Source of the DNA: an uncultured virus (IMG/VR IMGVR_UViG_3300010885_003647)
Lineage: Duplodnaviria; Heunggongvirae; Uroviricota; Caudoviricetes
Virus record (IMG/VR): IMGVR_UViG_3300010885_003647
DNA length: 20,000 bases
Strand: one strand, 5' to 3'
Shown: piece by piece, positions 1 through 9,500 of the stretch
Numbering within the stretch: position 1 is the first letter of the stretch
Layout of the letters: every line of letters starts with the position of its first letter
Made by a program: the position numbers and the translations under genes
The notes under the pieces: generated by a model
Databases searched by the model: none
Seen by the model: only the letters and a program-made list of their open reading frames with translations
What the model was told of the DNA's origin: nothing

Positions 1-772
1 CTCGATTATCTCACCTAATGCAATGGTTACCGTGAACAACGTGACTTACTGGATGGGTAAAGAGAAGTTCTATATGTATTCTGGACGAGTAGAAACCCTA
101 CCTTGCTCACTGCGTCAGTTCGTATTCCAAGACATAAACCAAAACCAAGCATTCCAAATCTTCTGCGGAAGTAACGAGGCATATAACGAGGTTTGGTGGT
201 TCTATGTCAGCAACGAAAGCGTAGGCAATACAGTAGATAAGTATGTTATTTATAACTACCTAGACCGTGTTTGGTACTACGGAACTATGGCTCGTACTGC
301 ATGGCTTGATACTGGAACTCGTCAATACCCGCTATCTGCAGATTACAACAACCGTATCCTAAACCAAGAAGCTTCAGTAGACGATGAGGCTTTAGATGTA
401 CCCGTAGCTATTAATGCTTATGTGCAGTCTTCAGACTTTGATATCGGCGATGGATTTAACTTCGGCTTTGTATGGCGTATCTTGCCAGACGTGAACTTTA
501 ACGGCTCTAATGTGAATAACCCACAGGTTACAATGACTGTTAGACCGCGTCAGAACTCAGGTGCTCCATATACCCAAGCAGATAGCCCACAGGTAATCAG
601 TGATGATAACTATAAGTATGGCTCAATCTACAACATTCAATTGTTTACAGGTCAGGTCTACACCCGCTTAAGGGGTAGGCAAATGGCATTTAGGATTGAG
701 TCTACTGGACTTGGTACTGCATGGCAGCTAGGTAGCCCCCGTATTGATATTAGACCGGATGGTAGACGCTAA
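1..772 (+). CDS. Tail tube / head-tail stabilisation protein (P22 gp10 / T7 gp12-like), 5'-truncated C-terminal part
   Basis: The frame is open from base 2 (SIISPNAMVT...), so the ATG at 23 is probably internal. The protein is aromatic and beta-strand rich (EVWWFY, YVIYNYLDRVWYYG). Its end, RLRGRQMAFRIES...WQLGSPRIDIRPDGRR, is typical of podovirus tail stabilisation proteins. It lies upstream of the ejection-type genes. Confidence 0.7.
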   Translation, partial: SIISPNAMVTVNNVTYWMGKEKFYMYSGRVETLPCSLRQFVFQDINQNQAFQIFCGSNEAYNEVWWFYVSNESVGNTVDKYVIYNYLDRVWYYGTMARTAWLDTGTRQYPLSADYNNRILNQEASVDDEALDVPVAINAYVQSSDFDIGDGFNFGFVWRILPDVNFNGSNVNNPQVTMTVRPRQNSGAPYTQADSPQVISDDNYKYGSIYNIQLFTGQVYTRLRGRQMAFRIESTGLGTAWQLGSPRIDIRPDGRR

Positions 773-1446
773 TGGCAAATGCAGCAATCATTGCAAAAAC
801 CTCGATAATTCCATCGAAGGCACCCAACTTACCTATTGGGCCAGTAGAGTACACCCAGTTGTACATGGATCAGTTTGCAAATACATTGCGCCTATACTTT
901 AACCAAATTGATAATACACAGGGCGCTTTGCTAGGCCCCAATGGTGGCAAGTTCATACGCAACCCCACCCTAACCGCTTATAACCCTAGCTCACAATACG
1001 CATTAAGTAATACGGCATCTAGCATTGAGTGGGAAAACATAGTTGTTTCGTCTGGGTTTGTAATCGATACTGCAAACAATTCAGCCGTTTGTGCGCAAAC
1101 AGGGGTCTATAAGGTCAACTACAGGATAGCCTTATCCAATAACGACTCTGTCCCGCACGATGCCACGATATGGCTACAGCTCAATTTTGAGGATGTTGAT
1201 AACTCAGCTACTACCTTTACGGTACCTGCTAATGGTACTACGGGGGCTTTCTCTACCTATTCCTTTTTGGTCAATGCGGCTGATGCAATTTCACTATCTT
1301 GGGCTACAGATCAGGCAGCCACTGCCAACAGTTCTTCATTAGGGGTGTTCCTTGAGGCTACCCCAGCATTGACTTCACCCTATACCGCGCCCGCTGTACC
1401 CTCGGCTGTAGGCGTAATAACCTTTATATCTGCACCTGTTACATGA
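772..1446 (+). CDS. Virion structural protein, probably tail-associated (N-terminal helix plus C-terminal beta-sandwich)
   Basis: Translationally coupled to the upstream gene by a TAATG overlap. N-terminal PNLPIGPVEY...NTLRLYFNQID segment, then a beta-rich domain (TGVYKVNYRIAL, ATIWLQLN) reminiscent of C1q/TNF-like knobs. Function is inferred. Confidence 0.55.
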   Translation: MANAAIIAKTSIIPSKAPNLPIGPVEYTQLYMDQFANTLRLYFNQIDNTQGALLGPNGGKFIRNPTLTAYNPSSQYALSNTASSIEWENIVVSSGFVIDTANNSAVCAQTGVYKVNYRIALSNNDSVPHDATIWLQLNFEDVDNSATTFTVPANGTTGAFSTYSFLVNAADAISLSWATDQAATANSSSLGVFLEATPALTSPYTAPAVPSAVGVITFISAPVT

Positions 1447-1452
1447 TAAAAT
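1444..1452 (+). promoter_or_regulatory. Possible extended -10 promoter (TG-A-TAAAAT) upstream of the ejection-protein genes
   Basis: TGnTAAAAT overlaps the stop codon of the 224-aa gene, at the only ~30-nt intergenic gap of the + arm. No convincing -35 element. Confidence 0.3.
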
Positions 1453-1476
1453 CTACACAAATTAACTGGAATTCTT

Positions 1477-3501
1477 ATGCCTGTCAATGATCCCAACAAT
1501 CCGGGTCCGCTAAGCTCTATGGGACAGTCCATGTTCCCTGGAAGTACTGTGCACACGGCTGAATACAATGTATCTAGCCAATACCCTACGGCTGCTTTAA
1601 ACGCCATGACAGGCTATGAACCATCCACTAACCCCCTAACGGGCGAGGAACTGCCAAACTTTGCTGGTGGTGGCATTGTGTCCCTTGCTACTGGGGGCGA
1701 AATTGCAGATGCTTATCGTCAGTATTTAGGTCGTGATCCTGAAGCAGGTGCTTACGATGCTTGGGCTGGCGCTGATATGGGTTCTTTAATTGCTGGTATA
1801 ACTGGAAGTCAAGAATATGCAAACCGGAGTAGTGGCGGAGGTGGTGGCGGCGGTAGTAGTTCTAGTGGTGGTGGTAGTTCTGGTGGGACTGACATTAACG
1901 CTCTTTACCAGCAATATTTAGGACGTAATGCTGATGCTTCTGGAGCAGCTACCTATGCTGGCTGGAATCCAGATGATATTCGTAATGCTATTTTAGGCAG
2001 CCAAGAATACGCTAACCGTACTAGTAGTGGGGGTGGCAGTAGTGGCGGAGGTGGTGGTAGTGCTGGTGGTAATGACATTAATTCTCTTTATCAACAGTAT
2101 TTAGGTCGTGGTGCAGACGCTTCAGGTATTGCTACCTACGCTGGATGGAGTCCAGACCAAATCAAAGCAGCTATCTTAGGTAGCCCAGAATATGCCAACG
2201 CACACCCAGAAGCTGTTAAAGCTGATTCAGCGCAAAAGATACAAGAGCTAGCTGATGTAGCTTTTAGTAAGTACAGAACAAATCAAAACTACGATGCAGA
2301 ACTTCAGCAATTAGATGCCTTGGCTGCTACTAACCCTGCAGCATACTATAAAGCAAAGATTGGTTGGGTTGGTAATCAAATGGGTTGGCAGGCTGGTCAA
2401 GGTACATCCTCAGCTACTATGCCTGGAATGACGGCTGAACTTAAGACCTATTTAGCTGGAGCTAAAGCGGCAGGTGTTACCGATGCTGAAATCAATAGCA
2501 TTGTTAATACTAATTCTGCATTACAACAGAAAGTAAATGCTGAACGAATTGCATCAGATGCTAAGGGCGCGCATGGCTGGATTGATCAGAATCTAGGACA
2601 AGGTGTAACTTCAGGTCTTACTACTGCAGCAGCTCTGTTAGCTTCTTATTTTGTTCCTGGTGGTGGCGCGCTTGTTGGTATTGGTAAGAACCTTCTTAAT
2701 AGTACAGAAGATAACTACACTAAACCTAATGGTATTGGTACTTTAAATTACAAGTCCCCAACTACAGGTACTTCATCTACATCTACCGCCTCACGCACAC
2801 CGACAACAGTAACTCGTACCCCTACCTATTCCACAACTTCAAGTACCCCTTCATATAGCAATCCTGGAGATCCTACTTCGGTTACAGGCACTGGAACAAC
2901 TACTGGGACAGGCACTGGAACAACTACTGGGACAGGTATAAATTCTTTAAGTACAAGCAATCCTATTAATGCCAATGGCGATCCAGTTGTACAAGAAGTA
3001 CCTCTCTTTAAGGCTACACCAAGCGGTTTGGCTGGTTCGGCTTCTGTTGCTCAAAATGTCACTCAAAACGCTAATCCAACTCAAACTTCCATAGATGAGT
3101 TAGCAAGAAAAGTACAAGAACAACAACAAATTACCGCACAATTGCAACCAGAATACAACCCAGACTATTACGATATGGCTCAAGGGGGTCTTACAAGTCT
3201 TCGTAGCGGCGGTATGGGTGCTAGTCTTGGTGGTTATTCTGATGGTGGGCAGCTACTAAAAGGCCCTGGAGATGGCATGAGTGACAATATTCCAGCTACA
3301 ATAGGGAATAAACAACCTGCTCGCTTAGCGGATGGGGAATTTGTCATTCCTGCAGATGTAGTATCGCACTTAGGTAATGGCTCAACCGATGCTGGGGCAA
3401 AGCATTTGTATAGCATGATGGAAAAGATTCGCAAAGCAAGAACAGGTAACCCTAAACAGGGTAAACAGATTAACGTAAATAAGTTTTTACCAAGAGGTTA
3501 A
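1477..3501 (+). CDS. Putative internal virion/ejection protein with three DUF4214-like repeats, G/S and T-rich linkers and a conserved-looking C-terminal domain
   Basis: 674-aa ORF with three YxQYLGRxxxxxGxxxxxG...GSxEYAN repeats. The C-terminal GPGDGMSDNIPA...ARLADGEFVIPADVVSHLGNGSTDAGAK segment is of a type seen in phage structural proteins. It lies between the tail gene and the giant protein. Confidence 0.65.
   Translation: MPVNDPNNPGPLSSMGQSMFPGSTVHTAEYNVSSQYPTAALNAMTGYEPSTNPLTGEELPNFAGGGIVSLATGGEIADAYRQYLGRDPEAGAYDAWAGADMGSLIAGITGSQEYANRSSGGGGGGGSSSSGGGSSGGTDINALYQQYLGRNADASGAATYAGWNPDDIRNAILGSQEYANRTSSGGGSSGGGGGSAGGNDINSLYQQYLGRGADASGIATYAGWSPDQIKAAILGSPEYANAHPEAVKADSAQKIQELADVAFSKYRTNQNYDAELQQLDALAATNPAAYYKAKIGWVGNQMGWQAGQGTSSATMPGMTAELKTYLAGAKAAGVTDAEINSIVNTNSALQQKVNAERIASDAKGAHGWIDQNLGQGVTSGLTTAAALLASYFVPGGGALVGIGKNLLNSTEDNYTKPNGIGTLNYKSPTTGTSSTSTASRTPTTVTRTPTYSTTSSTPSYSNPGDPTSVTGTGTTTGTGTGTTTGTGINSLSTSNPINANGDPVVQEVPLFKATPSGLAGSASVAQNVTQNANPTQTSIDELARKVQEQQQITAQLQPEYNPDYYDMAQGGLTSLRSGGMGASLGGYSDGGQLLKGPGDGMSDNIPATIGNKQPARLADGEFVIPADVVSHLGNGSTDAGAKHLYSMMEKIRKARTGNPKQGKQINVNKFLPRG
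1702..2202 (+). repeat. Three ~42-aa intragenic DUF4214-like repeats separated by poly-Gly/Ser linkers
   Basis: IADAYRQYLGRDPEAGAYDAWAG...GSQEYANR; INALYQQYLGRNADASGAATYAGW...GSQEYANR; INSLYQQYLGRGADASGIATYAGW...GSPEYANA. DNA-level similarity is also visible (gacattaa..ctctttа-like starts, tatttagg). Confidence 0.85.
2884..2936 (+). repeat. Perfect 24-bp tandem repeat (2.2 copies) encoding TGTGTTTG
   Basis: acaggcactggaacaactactggg at 2884-2907 and 2908-2931, then acagg. Confidence 0.95.
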
Positions 3502-3503
3502 AC

Positions 3504-4994
3504 ATGGGTATTTTTGATCCACAACCACTCCCTTCAAGTCCAACGTCGCAAGGCACCACAACTGGAGCAATCAATCCGTGGGCACAACCGTATGTAACTA
3601 ACTACTTAAATCAAGCTAATGCTGTAGTTGCAAACCAAGGCTTTACTCCATTACAACAACAAGCCTATGGCGGAGCAGGAAGTTTGTCGGGTGGCGCAAC
3701 AACGCAACAAGGGTTGGCGGCTGCAAACCAAGGTATTACTGGAGCATTAGGTGCTGGTCAGAACTACCAGAATATGGCTACTAATCCAAATTCAATGCAA
3801 GCGTATATGAGTCCATATATTCAAAATGCTTTGGATCCTACACTTAGAGAAATTACACGTCAATACGGTATTACTGGGATGCAAGAACAAAGCGCGGCAA
3901 CTAACGCAGGTGCTTTTGGTGGTTCACGTGAAGCGTTAATGGCTGCAGAAAACCAACGCAATAAGAACCTTGCTATGAACCAAGCGATTGGTACAGGTTA
4001 TCAGAACGCTTTTCAAAATGCACAACAAGCGCAACAGTATCAAAATACTTTAGGGCTTCAAGGCAATCAGGCTGCGATTCAAGGTGCCAATCAAATGGCT
4101 ACTCAAGGACAAGGCATTCTTGGACTACAAAATCAATTTGGTACACAGCAACAACAATATCCGTACCAACAAGTTGGCTTCCTACAAAGTATGCTCAATG
4201 GTCTTCCTGTATCTAGCCAAACTACACAAGGCTGGCAAGCAGGTCCTAATAAGGCTTCACAGATTGCAGGTCTTGGTACTGCGGGTGCTGGCATATTGGG
4301 TTCATTACTTGGTGGTGGTGCTAAAGGTTCTCAAGCTGCTAGCCTATTAGATTACTTATTTGGTACAGGTGGTAGTAAAACGGGTGGAGGTACTACTGGC
4401 GGTACAGGTGGTACAGGTACTAGCGCTGTCGGCGCTGCTACTAACTATGGTATTGGCTCTATTAAAAATTGGCTTAATGGAAATCCTTATTCTGGTCAAA
4501 CTACTGGTATGGGGGATCAAGGTGCCTCTAGTCCAACATTACCAGACGGTTCTCCAAATCCTAACTATGACGCTTATGCAGATCCTAATGCAACTCAAGA
4601 TGCAATAAACGCACAAAACGCAGCTAATCAAACTGGTGGACAGGCGTTTGATTCAAGTGGTAATCCTATAGACAATAGCGTAAGCCAATATGATCCAAAT
4701 TGGAATGTTGACTCTGGCTATGTACCCGACAATTCTGTAATCGACTCAAGCACTTACAATCCTAGCGATTTTGGTGGTGGCGATTTTAGTTATGACACTT
4801 CTAGCCTCTATGATCCTGGTTCTTTTAACTTTGACTATAGTAGCGTTGCTGATCTTGGTGGTGACGCTAGTAGTCTTTTTGACTTTGGATCTTTGTTTGG
4901 AGCTAAAGGTGGACACATTAAAGACGGCGGTATTAAACGATACGCAAACGGCGGTTTAGTAGCGCTTGCCATTAAGAACGCATTGAAAGGTTAA
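3504..4994 (+). CDS. Putative DNA ejection/pilot protein
   Basis: 496 aa. The Q/A/G-rich N-half has AYMSPYIQNALD and AGAFGGSR motifs typical of podovirus ejection proteins. It is followed by a Gly-rich hydrophobic stretch (IAGLGTAGAGILGSLLGG) and an acidic low-complexity tail. GAGG SD upstream. Confidence 0.65.
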   Translation: MGIFDPQPLPSSPTSQGTTTGAINPWAQPYVTNYLNQANAVVANQGFTPLQQQAYGGAGSLSGGATTQQGLAAANQGITGALGAGQNYQNMATNPNSMQAYMSPYIQNALDPTLREITRQYGITGMQEQSAATNAGAFGGSREALMAAENQRNKNLAMNQAIGTGYQNAFQNAQQAQQYQNTLGLQGNQAAIQGANQMATQGQGILGLQNQFGTQQQQYPYQQVGFLQSMLNGLPVSSQTTQGWQAGPNKASQIAGLGTAGAGILGSLLGGGAKGSQAASLLDYLFGTGGSKTGGGTTGGTGGTGTSAVGAATNYGIGSIKNWLNGNPYSGQTTGMGDQGASSPTLPDGSPNPNYDAYADPNATQDAINAQNAANQTGGQAFDSSGNPIDNSVSQYDPNWNVDSGYVPDNSVIDSSTYNPSDFGGGDFSYDTSSLYDPGSFNFDYSSVADLGGDASSLFDFGSLFGAKGGHIKDGGIKRYANGGLVALAIKNALKG

Positions 4995-4996
4995 GT

Positions 4997-6535
4997 ATGA
5001 TTGGCGATTACTTTAGCAAGATGGCTGCTGCACAAAAATTAAATCCAGCACAACAACAACAATCTGTACAAAATGGAATACTAACTCCCAATATGGCTCA
5101 AGACGCACGTCAAGGGCAACCAAAAGCTATGCCACAAATGCCTGCACAAGAGCAACCACAAGGACTTGAAGGAATGGCACAACAAGTTATGCAAGAAGCA
5201 AGCCAAGCTGCTGGTCCAAACCCTGTTGTATTACAACAAATTGCAAAGCTACGGCAAGAGATACCACAAATCCAAAAGCTAATAGAAATAGATAAGTTAA
5301 AACCTTATGAGGGTATTCCATTACTAAAAGAAAAAGTAGGGATGTTAAAGAAGCTAGAAGCTCAAGTACAACCAAGCGCAGGTTTAGGTGCATTGCCAAC
5401 AGCCCAAGAAGGTGTAGCTGCATTACCTACTGGCATGAATGAGCAAAGCTTTGCTGGTGGTGGTATTGTTGCTTTTTCTGAAGGCGGCTATAACCCTTGG
5501 AGTATTAGTGCACCTAGCGCTTCTGGTTTAGATAAACGTATTTATGAAGCTATTAAGAACAAACTTAGCGAGTGGAATAAGCCTTGGGGTAAAACAGTTG
5601 ATGCTACTCCCGAAGAAATTCGTGGCGCTATGACAGGTAAAAATTTAGCTAGCGAAAAAGAAAAGTTTGCACCTGCCCCTACTGCAGAACAAACAGCTAA
5701 CTTTATGGGTGACCTTAATCCAACTTCTGTAAAAACTAGTGGTGTTCAGTTTGATCCTACGGCTGGTGGTACTTATAGTCCACCTAAAGCCCCTGCACGT
5801 GTTTTTTCAAGTGCTCCCCCTGCGGCTCCTAACGCTGAGGCTCCTCCACCTCCTCCTCCACCTCCTGCTCAAGCAGCTGCTCCTAAAAATGGTGCAGAAG
5901 ATCAATTTGCTCCGCTTGCTCAGTTACTACAGGAAGATAGAGAAAATAAACGAAGAGAGCATGAAGGTGATAAATGGTCACGTATTGCAGAGGCTGGCTT
6001 TAATATGATGGCTGGGTCTTCTCCTTATGCACTTACTAACATCGGTGCTGGTGCTGCTCAAGCTATGAAAGGCTATCAGTCAGACGTTGCTGCTGCCCGT
6101 AAAGATGAAACAGAAGCTATTAAGTCTATGGTCGCTCTTGGTATGAAGAAGAACGAAATGGCTCAGACTCTTGGACTTAAAGACCGTGAGTTTGATTTAG
6201 AATTGAAGAAGCTTGGTATTACTGAGAAGTTATCTGAGAAGCATGGTAACTATTACGATCTAGCTGGTAAGGCATTAGCAACTCGTGCTGCTGCTGCAGG
6301 TTCTGGAGCTGGGTCTACTACTAAGATGGATATCGCTAAATTAAATGCGGTAAAATCTACTTTTGCAACTTTACAAAAAGGCGCTGGAGATATGATGAGT
6401 CCAAATTATGGTAAGTCTCCTGAAGAACTCTGGGCTATGGCAGAATCAATGGTTACAGGTCAAAGTAACGCTGTAGCTGCCCCTGCTCCTGTTGGTACTT
6501 GGAGTCCAAAAAGCGGTTACAAACCTAATAAATAA
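4997..6535 (+). CDS. Putative ejection/internal virion protein
   Basis: 512 aa. Q-rich N-terminus, FAGGGIVAF motif, polyproline linker (~5843-5866), an AEAGFNMMAGSSPYALTNIGAGA segment and a coiled coil. AAAGG SD upstream; the gene sits just before the giant protein. Confidence 0.6.
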   Translation: MIGDYFSKMAAAQKLNPAQQQQSVQNGILTPNMAQDARQGQPKAMPQMPAQEQPQGLEGMAQQVMQEASQAAGPNPVVLQQIAKLRQEIPQIQKLIEIDKLKPYEGIPLLKEKVGMLKKLEAQVQPSAGLGALPTAQEGVAALPTGMNEQSFAGGGIVAFSEGGYNPWSISAPSASGLDKRIYEAIKNKLSEWNKPWGKTVDATPEEIRGAMTGKNLASEKEKFAPAPTAEQTANFMGDLNPTSVKTSGVQFDPTAGGTYSPPKAPARVFSSAPPAAPNAEAPPPPPPPPAQAAAPKNGAEDQFAPLAQLLQEDRENKRREHEGDKWSRIAEAGFNMMAGSSPYALTNIGAGAAQAMKGYQSDVAAARKDETEAIKSMVALGMKKNEMAQTLGLKDREFDLELKKLGITEKLSEKHGNYYDLAGKALATRAAAAGSGAGSTTKMDIAKLNAVKSTFATLQKGAGDMMSPNYGKSPEELWAMAESMVTGQSNAVAAPAPVGTWSPKSGYKPNK

Positions 6536-6543
6536 AGGTAGTT

Positions 6544-9500
6544 ATGCCATTAGTTAATGTTGAAGGTGTAGGTCTAATCGACTTTCCTGAAGGTATGTCG
6601 GGCGAGCAAATTGATGCTGCGGTTAGAAAAGATATCCTTCCACAATACCCCGATATTGCCGCTAAAACAAAACGTGGATGGGGTGAAGCCCTAACTGACG
6701 TAGGCGCTAGTGCTATTAAAGGTGTTGGTGCTTTAGCTCAGTTACCTGGGCAGATTGGGCAATTAGCAGGTGTTGTAGCTCCTACCGAAACTAATACTGG
6801 ATTGCAAGGTATCGGTAAACAAATAGAACAGTTTGGTGAAGAAGCTAAATCTCCAATACTTAAAGGTAAAGAAGTAGTACGTGGACAAAAGATTGAACAA
6901 GCAGATGGAATGCTTTCTGAATTTGGTACTGCTTTTAAAGAGACAATTAAAGACCCAGCATTACTATCTTCATTCTTTGCAGAACAATTACCAAACTTAG
7001 CTGGTTCATGGGGTGGTGGCTTACTAGCTAAAGGTACAGCTAAAGCTTTGATGATGGCTACTACTGAACAAGCATTGGCTAAAGTAGGGGTTGCAGGTGC
7101 GGTTGGTACAGGCGCTATCCAACAAGGTGCTGATGTTGGTTCTGATACTTACGAAACCATCTACAAACGTCTTATTAAAGAAGGTATGGGGGATGAGCAA
7201 GCTAATGGTATTGCTTTATCCAAGGCTCGTGTAGCCGCTTTAGAAGCCGCAGGTTTATCTTTAGGTACAGCCGCACTTCCTGGTGGTACTGCTATTGAAC
7301 GTGCATTAGTTGGTAAGGGTTTACCTGGAGCTGGTGGATTTACTAAAGGTCTTTTGGGCGAAACAGCTTCTGAAACTATCGAAGAAGGTGGTGGTAAGCT
7401 TGCATCCAACTTAGGCGTACAAGAAGTATTTCCTGAGACAAGTTTAACTAAAGGTGTAGGTGCCGCTGCAGGTATGGGCGCACTGGGCGGTGCATTGTTT
7501 GGTGGTGTTGCTGGATATGTAAATGCAGACCGGGCTACTCCTGAACAGAAACAAATAGTAGCTGATGGTATCGATACTGTACAACAGCTAGAAGATCAAG
7601 CTCGCCGTGATGCGTTTGAAGCCGAGCAAAAAGCTATTGAACTCCGTGCCTTGGAAGAACGTCATGGGTTTACAAATTCAGCAGCATACGCTGAACTATC
7701 TGCAGAAGTAGAAAGATTAAAAGCAAAAGCCCAATTAGCGTTCGCTAAAGCGGATAAAGGTAAAGCAGAGATGTCTGCGTTTGCAGAAGCGCAACCTGAT
7801 TTGTTTGGAATGGTTACTGCCGAAAAACAAACACAAGAAGCTGAAGTTCAGCCACCTGTAGAACAACCTAATCAATTATCTTTACCTCTTGAAGATCAAC
7901 AATCACTTGCACTTAACGCTCCACCGCAACCATTAAATTTAAACTTACCTGCTCAGACGCAAGCTCCAGTAGTTCAAGGTCGCCCTATTACGCTAGAAGA
8001 TATTAAAGGTATGGGTATTGGTGGTGGTCCAAACGTAAAGATCAAACAAGCTATTTTAGGTAAAGATTTAACTGACCCTAAACAAGCTGCAGAAGTTAAA
8101 GCTGCTTTGGAAGAATACGCTGGTGGTGATCGTAGTGCTAGCATTATTGCTAAAGTAGAAAGATTTTTAAATAGCGCTCCATTCCTAGAACAACAAAAAC
8201 TTAGTTTGCGTCGCCCGTATGGTAGTATGAAGAAACCTGGAGTAGAAACTCCAACGGAAGAAGAACAAGCACTCTATCAAGCGGAACTAGAAGCACTACA
8301 AACATCGGAGGAACAAAATGCTGGAAAACCTATTGAACCTCTCAATGGAGGAAATGAGCCAAGCGTTCGCGTGCCTAGCAAGCGACCTGCCATCCCCACC
8401 GCAACTAAAAAACCTAAACGACGAGGAGTGGTTCCTCCTGTCGATACTACTGGACAACCTATTGGAGCAGAAGTACCAGTCGAGCGTACACTAGGCGCAA
8501 AACCATTAACCTTAGAAGAAAAAGCGGCGCAGGCTATTGCCCAGCGTCAAGCCCCTAAAGGTGGTTACAACCCAGATATTCAAGAACCTTCTGTAGAACT
8601 CAGTACTCGTCATGCTAGAGAATACAAAGAAGCTATTGGTAACTACTTAGAAAACGCAAACTATATAGGAGCTAAGGCTCTTGATGCACTTGCTGGTGAT
8701 ATGCACGCTGGGGACAACCTTACAGATGCTAAGAGAGCGTACCGTGGGTTATCTGAAGAACAAAAGGCTTACGTAGCAGAGAAAACTAAAGAGTTAGAGA
8801 AGTACACTCGTCGTGGTGATGCGTATGCTAAACAACAAAACGAAGAAGTCGCAAGACGTAAAGCTTTCCAAGGTGAACTTGACGAACAAGAGAAAAGCCC
8901 TAAGCTTGAACGCATCCTTCCTGGTTCAACAAACGAAGAGCTTACGCAAGCTGTGCAACGGGGCGACCTTAACGCAGCACTAAACGCAATCGCCAAAGAC
9001 AAATCTGACACATTTAACATCTTAGAGAAACTGGTCTCAAATCGCCTTTTGGCAAATAAAGGTAGCCTACCTAAGATTGAAGTTGTACCCGCTGGAACTA
9101 TTAAAGATGGCGCAGCGCAATACAATCCGTTTACCGATACCGTTCAGATCAATGAGGGTGAGGTTGATTCGCATACTGTGCTACATGAAACCGTTCATGG
9201 CTTCTTGCACGCATTGATTCAGAAGTTTGAGGCAGGTGCTAAGAACAAAGGTATTGCTGATCTTAAAACTCTATACGACTTTATTAAAGAGAACCACCCT
9301 AACGTAGCAGAAGAATATGGCATGTCTAGCTTGACTGAGTTTGCATCTGAACTTATGTCTAACCGCCAATTCCAAGAAACCCTTGCACAGATTCCATATC
9401 GTGCAGAAGCTCAAAACTTATTTAGTGCATTCATACGCGCTGTATTAAACGCATTAGGGTTATCCCCAACATCTAAGTTAAGCGCACTAGCTAGCGGCTT

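Noticed and set aside
1828..2070. GGT/AGT-rich tracts as DNA-level repeats or diversity-generating elements
   Set aside because: They are fully explained by Gly/Ser linker coding; no reverse transcriptase or template/variable repeat pair was seen.
4084..6008. Alternative-frame + ORFs (4084-4350, 4360-4608, 4771-4959, 5739-6008) that look hydrophobic
   Set aside because: The V/L-rich translations are the expected shadow of T-ending codons in the main frame, and they lack convincing SDs, unlike the ORF at 8318.
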